A program made the translations under genes and the position numbers. The notes below the pieces were generated by a model. The model had not been told where the DNA came from and made no database searches. It was given only the letters and a program-made list of their open reading frames with translations. Source: Octopus vulgaris (taxonomy: Eukaryota). Taken from it: DNA of 64,000 nt. Numbering within the stretch: the first letter of the stretch is position 1; each line of letters opens with the position of its first letter. Positions 58,759-64,000 of the stretch are shown piece after piece. The stretch is taken from assembly GCA_951406725.2 (NCBI GenBank), contig OX597834.1, forward strand, positions 41,106,001-41,170,000. Direction: 5' to 3'.

Positions 58759-61700
58759 GTAAATAGTCTTTTTTTCTCTTTAGCACAGTAAAAAATCCCT
58801 GGTGCTGGTGTCGTGTAAAAAGCACCCAGTACACCCTGGAGTTAGGAAACAGCATTTCAAACAAACAATCGGAGCCTGGGGCAGCTCCCTGGCTTGCCAG
58901 CTCCCTGGCTTGCCAGCTCCTGTGAAACCTATTTCTTTATTGCCCACAAGGGGCTAAACACAGAGGGGACAAACAAGGACAGGCATAGGTATTAAGTCGA
59001 TGTAATCGACCCCAGTGCGTAACTGGTACTTAATTTATCGACCCCGAAAGGATGAAAGGCAAAGTCGACCTCGGCGGAATTTGAACCCAGAAAATAACGG
59101 TAGATGAAATACGGCTATGCATTTCGCCCAGCGTCCAATCCATGCCAGCATGGAAAACAGACATTAAATGATGATGAGGATGATGAGAGTGAACTCTGCT
59201 AAAAGTACCCCAAGGGTCAAGTGATGATATAAAACCACTCAGTTGTATTTAGTATTACATTTTATAGATTTTATAAGGTCTTCTTAGAACTCTTGATTGT
59301 TGTAATCATCATCATCATCATCAATCTATGTAATTATTAGTCGAATTAATCAGCCCCACTACTTATTTTTTTTAAAGCCTGGTACTTATTCTATTAGTCT
59401 CTCTTGCCAAACTGCTAAGTTATGGGGATGTAAACACACCAACACTGGTTGTCAAGTGGTGGTGGTGAGACTAACACAGATACAAAGACATACACAGACA
59501 TATATATATATACATGATGGGCTTCTTTCAGTTTCCATCTATTAAGTCCATTCACAATGTTTTGGTTGGCCTTAGGCTGTAGTAGAAGACACTTGCCCAG
59601 AGTGCCATGCTGTGGGACTGAACCCAGAACCATGTGGTTAGGCAGCAAGCTTCTTACCATAGCACATTACGTTCTGGATGCAGGGTTGGTAGATGTATTC
59701 CGTTGCCTAGTTTAACATCACTACCTGGTGCCTTTTTCTATTTGTTGCAAGCACTTTGGCGAGATCTGTGGTTCGGGGATAATTCGTTTCCTTTGTTCAC
59801 CTAGTCTTTGAGGCTCTGAAAAAAAATGAAGGGCCATTGAGTGCTGCCCTTCCTTTCCTGACCAGTCCAAGTGATTGTTTAGAGACTGTCTCATTATATT
59901 GTGGGTGGCAGACGTAGTAGAGCGACCTTCTTAATGCTTTGTAGTAATCAATTATAACCCCTTTACATTCAACGTTCAAATACTTCTGGGATCTATAAAC
60001 AACCACCCCTATACCCTCTCCCCCACCCAGATATTTTTGATTGGACTCGTAAGAGTTAGCTACCTTGTGGTGATTTTGCAGAAGTGAATGATAGGACAAA
60101 AAGCCTTAGGCATTGAGTTTCAATTCCAGACGAAGCAGTTGGTTTTGCTTTTCATCCTTCTGGGGTCACTGTAATTAGCTTCCCCCTTTTCTCAGCCGAA
60201 TACTTGGTCTTGTGCCTAAGCTATCAATCAATATATTTTTTTTTGATTGACTGGATGAGGTAGAGTTATCTCCCTGAAATTTGTCATGCGGTCATATTTA
60301 ACAATACGACCACGAACATAATCCCTTGCGTCGCTAGAAACTGTTGCCAAATCTCCCTCAAAGAAGGACATGTTGAATAATGTGGTCCTGTGCACATATA
60401 CGTATTTACATATCTCTGTGTATGTGTGGGTTTGTGATTTGTAACCTCCACACACACGTGTGTGTTACCACGATCATCATTACGTCTGCGTTTCCGAAAT
60501 TACACAGGTTGGCAAATTCCTCTCCAATACACCCAGCTCTTGTTGGATTCTTTTGTCATTTTTTAGTGTTCAGCACCCTGGTACCAACTTTCATCACTTT
60601 TTTTCCATTTCTTTCTTTCTCTTCCATATTTTCTTTTATATTCGTTACCAGCATCGCCTTACTGGCACCTGTGCAGGTGGCATGTGTAAAAGATTCGAGC
60701 GAGGTCGTTGCCAGTACCACCTGACTGGCCCCCGTGCTGGTGGCACGTAAAAAGCACCCACTACACTCTCAGAGTGGTTGGCGTTAGGAAGGGCATCAAG
60801 CTGTAGAAACTCTGCCAGATCAAGATTGAAGCCTGGTGCAGCCATCTGGTTCGCCAGCCCTCAGGCAAATCGTCCAACCCATGCAAGCATGGAAAGCGGA
60901 CATTAAGCGATGATGATGATGATGATGATTCGAATCCCCTGGTCTTTCTTCACTCTAATTCCATCAACTTTATGCATTACATGTGTATGTCATGTCTCTT
61001 GCACACTGCATCCGAGAGAGAGAGATAGAGAGATAGAATATGGGATACAAAGGCAGAATAGTGTGGAACATGTGGAATAAAGATTGGTGAAGAAAGGTGA
61101 TTGTGATTTTGTAGGAGTGAGAGGGAATGAGAGGAAAAGAGAGAGAGAGAAACAATGTGTGATAGAGGGGACCGGAGAAAGAGAGAGACACTGTGAGAGA
61201 TGAAGTGAAGATAGGTAAAAGTGGGGGAAGAGGGATTGAGGAGGAAGAAGTACTTGTCAGGGTGAAGGGAGTTAAAAAGGAAAAGAATATAAGAGTGGCA
61301 GGGATACACATGCCATCTGAGTGTCCCCTTTGTGATGTTGGTTTGTAATTTAGTTAGCAAGGATAGCATATGATGGGCTTTAAGGAAATTGATGGGTATG
61401 GTGATCATCATCATCATCATCATCGTTTAACGTCCGTTTTCCGTGCTAGCATGGGTTGGACGGTTCGACCGGGGTCTGGGAAGCCAGAAGGCTGCACCAG
61501 GCTCCAGTCTTATCTGGCAGTGTTTCTACAGCTGGATGCCCTTCCTAACGCCAACCACTCCGAGAGTGATGGAATAGAAAATTAAACATGTGAGTGAGGG
61601 AGAGAAGGAATCGGGAAACATTTTTATGCAGATTGGCAGGTGTGCGAGGGAAGGGAAACGGAGATGTGCCTGGGGTGGGGGGGAAGAAAGCTAGGCAGCG

Positions 61701-62002
61701 AGGGAGGGGATTTTGTCTGAGAATGTGTGCATCATCAATGCATTCCTGTGTAGCACATGCACATTTGTTGCCATAATGTCTAAAAACTAGATTATTCAGT
61801 GGCTTCCTTGTTTGTTTGTAATAATAATGATTATTAATGTAAACACAAGGCCATGCGTTTTGGAGAAATAACAGCCAGTTTTCCCTCAAATCGTATCCTA
61901 CCATCTTGGACAATACAGTATTATGTTACAAAAGATGGGCTGGTCCTTGCCAGAACACCAACTTAATTAGGTTCGACCGGAAACTATAAACAACCATTCT
62001 AC

Positions 62003-62061
<59 letters not shown>

Positions 62062-62263
62062 CAAACAAGGGAGTCAGAGAAAGGCAGAATGCCACTTAAA
62101 TCTGAACACTACTATAGAAATATTGTTTTAAAAAACTTTTCTTCTAATTTTTCTAAATTTAATTATTTAATCGTTACAGTTGAAAAGGTCTCAAAATGAC
62201 CGAAACCGGTACTGAAATGTTCACTATAAAATTATTTTAGCATTTTCTATTTTTTACTTGTTT

Positions 62264-62307
<44 letters not shown>

Positions 62308-62706
62308 TAATCAATATAGGGTGGCAAAAAAAATTTTGTAGAATTCTTTTGCCACCAGCGGCCTAGTGGGAAAAAATTAAATAGTCATAGACCATTTATA
62401 AGTTCAACATCACAATCAAGGAACGGCCATAATAGGCCATTCACCCACTAGAATATCTGTAAATATCTGTTCCGTTCTGGCTATTTCTTACTGAGGAATC
62501 TAAGGGCCTATGGAAGATTGGCTTGATTTAATTTAATCAGGTTAGTTTACCATTAAACAGTAGATGAAACGGTGCATCGTATAAGAAATTACAGGGTAAA
62601 TGTTTTTTAATTTTCTCCTGGTTTACGGAATTAATGTTATTTTGCGGTTGAAGCTTTGGCTGTTATTTCTAGTGGGTGAATGGCCTATTATGGCCGTTCC
62701 TTGATT

Positions 62707-62740
<34 letters not shown>

Positions 62741-64000
62741 AACACATATATATATACATGAGTAAGCGCATAAATGCAGAACAAGGTGGAAAAAATAGGA
62801 CTCGAATACTGGAGGTAGAGTAATAGGCTTTTTTAAAAATTTATTTTTAGCTTTAATAAAAAAGTATGACATATATATGACTACATTGTTCAAAGTGTCG
62901 TTTTTTTAAAGGTAGAGATGATTTGAGAGGAGCTTTCCATGCTGGCATGGGTTGGACGGTTTGACTGAGGACTGCACCAGGCTTCAGTCTGATCTAGCTA
63001 CGTTTCTACAGCTGGATGCCTTTGGTAACGCCAAACACTCTGGGAGTGTAGTGGGTGCCTTTTACGTGCCTTCGGCACGGGGGCCAATCAGGCGGCACTG
63101 GCATCGTCCACGCTCAAACGGTGCTTTTTACGTGCCACCGGCACAGGGGACAATCAGGCGGCACTGGCATCATCCACGCTCAAACGGTGCTTTTTACGTG
63201 CCATTGGCACGGGGGCCAATCAGGCGGCACAAGCATCGTCCACGCTCAAACGGTGCTTTTTACGTGCCACCGGCACGATGGCTGCTAATTCTGGTCGGTC
63301 AAACGATCACAGAAAGGGATAGGAAAATTTATATCTGCTGAAACGAAACAATAAAATTTGTTTCGTTTCAGCAGATAGGTTAACCGTTCCAAGGTTCGCA
63401 ACTCTTAACATTTTGTAGCTTCATTAATTCCCTTGAATTTTTTAATTATTTTTATTTTCTGATATTTTACTTGTTCGATTGAGGCAATTTTCTTTTGTCT
63501 TTTCATGCACTTTTGTATTTCGCATTATTTCCATTTTCCTTCCGTGCTGCACTGCAGACCGATTCATCCTTGGACGGTACCAGTAACAACTTAGAGACAA
63601 TGCGCTTATATAAGAATTAGTATTTATTTTATATACTCTTTACTTGTTTCAGTCATTTTTGACTGCGGCCATGCTGGAGCACCGCCTTTAGTCGAGCAAA
63701 TCGACCCCAGGACTTATTCTTTGTAAGCCTAGTACTTATTCTATCGGTTTCTTTTGCCGATCTGCTAAGTAACGGGGACGTAAACCCACCAGCATCGGTT
63801 GTCAAGCAATGTTGGGGGACAAACAGACACACAAACACACACGCACACACACACTCACATGCACACTCACACACACACACACACATACGACGGGCTTCTT
63901 TCAGATTCCGTCTACCAAATCCACTCACAAGGCTTTGGTCGGCCCGAGACTACAGTAGAAGACAATTGTCCAAGGTGCCACGCAGGGGGACTGAACCCGG

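Overview
AT-rich, repeat-dense, intron-containing animal genomic DNA. It is most consistent with an octopus or other coleoid cephalopod, which I infer from the CDICGKSF-type C2H2 arrays, the tRNA-derived SINE families and the RTE LINE tails. Five protein-coding genes were reconstructed by hand from GT-AG splice sites and frame continuity. Two are tandem paralogous C2H2 zinc-finger genes with an intronless CDS (+; 18 and 19 fingers). The others are a complete 15-exon homogentisate 1,2-dioxygenase HGD (-; 438 aa), a complete 10-exon RPAP2/Rtr1 (-; 651 aa), and the first four coding exons of GTF3C5 (+), which lies head-to-head with RPAP2. Introns and intergenic DNA hold at least four SINE families, many 5'-truncated RTE copies with a 3'-UTR minisatellite, CR1-like and Tx1-like LINE ends, two mariner relics, piggyBac-like and Mutator/hAT-like MITEs, a Helitron-like element and long microsatellites. 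I found no clearly new multi-gene system. The best leads are a 9-finger (762 bp) internal duplication in the second ZNF gene, substitutions in normally conserved HGD motifs, inverted RTE tails bracketing RPAP2 exons 5-7 (circRNA/ADAR geometry), and the RPAP2-GTF3C5 bidirectional promoter. Comparisons with human proteins and repeat-family names are from memory, not from database searches.
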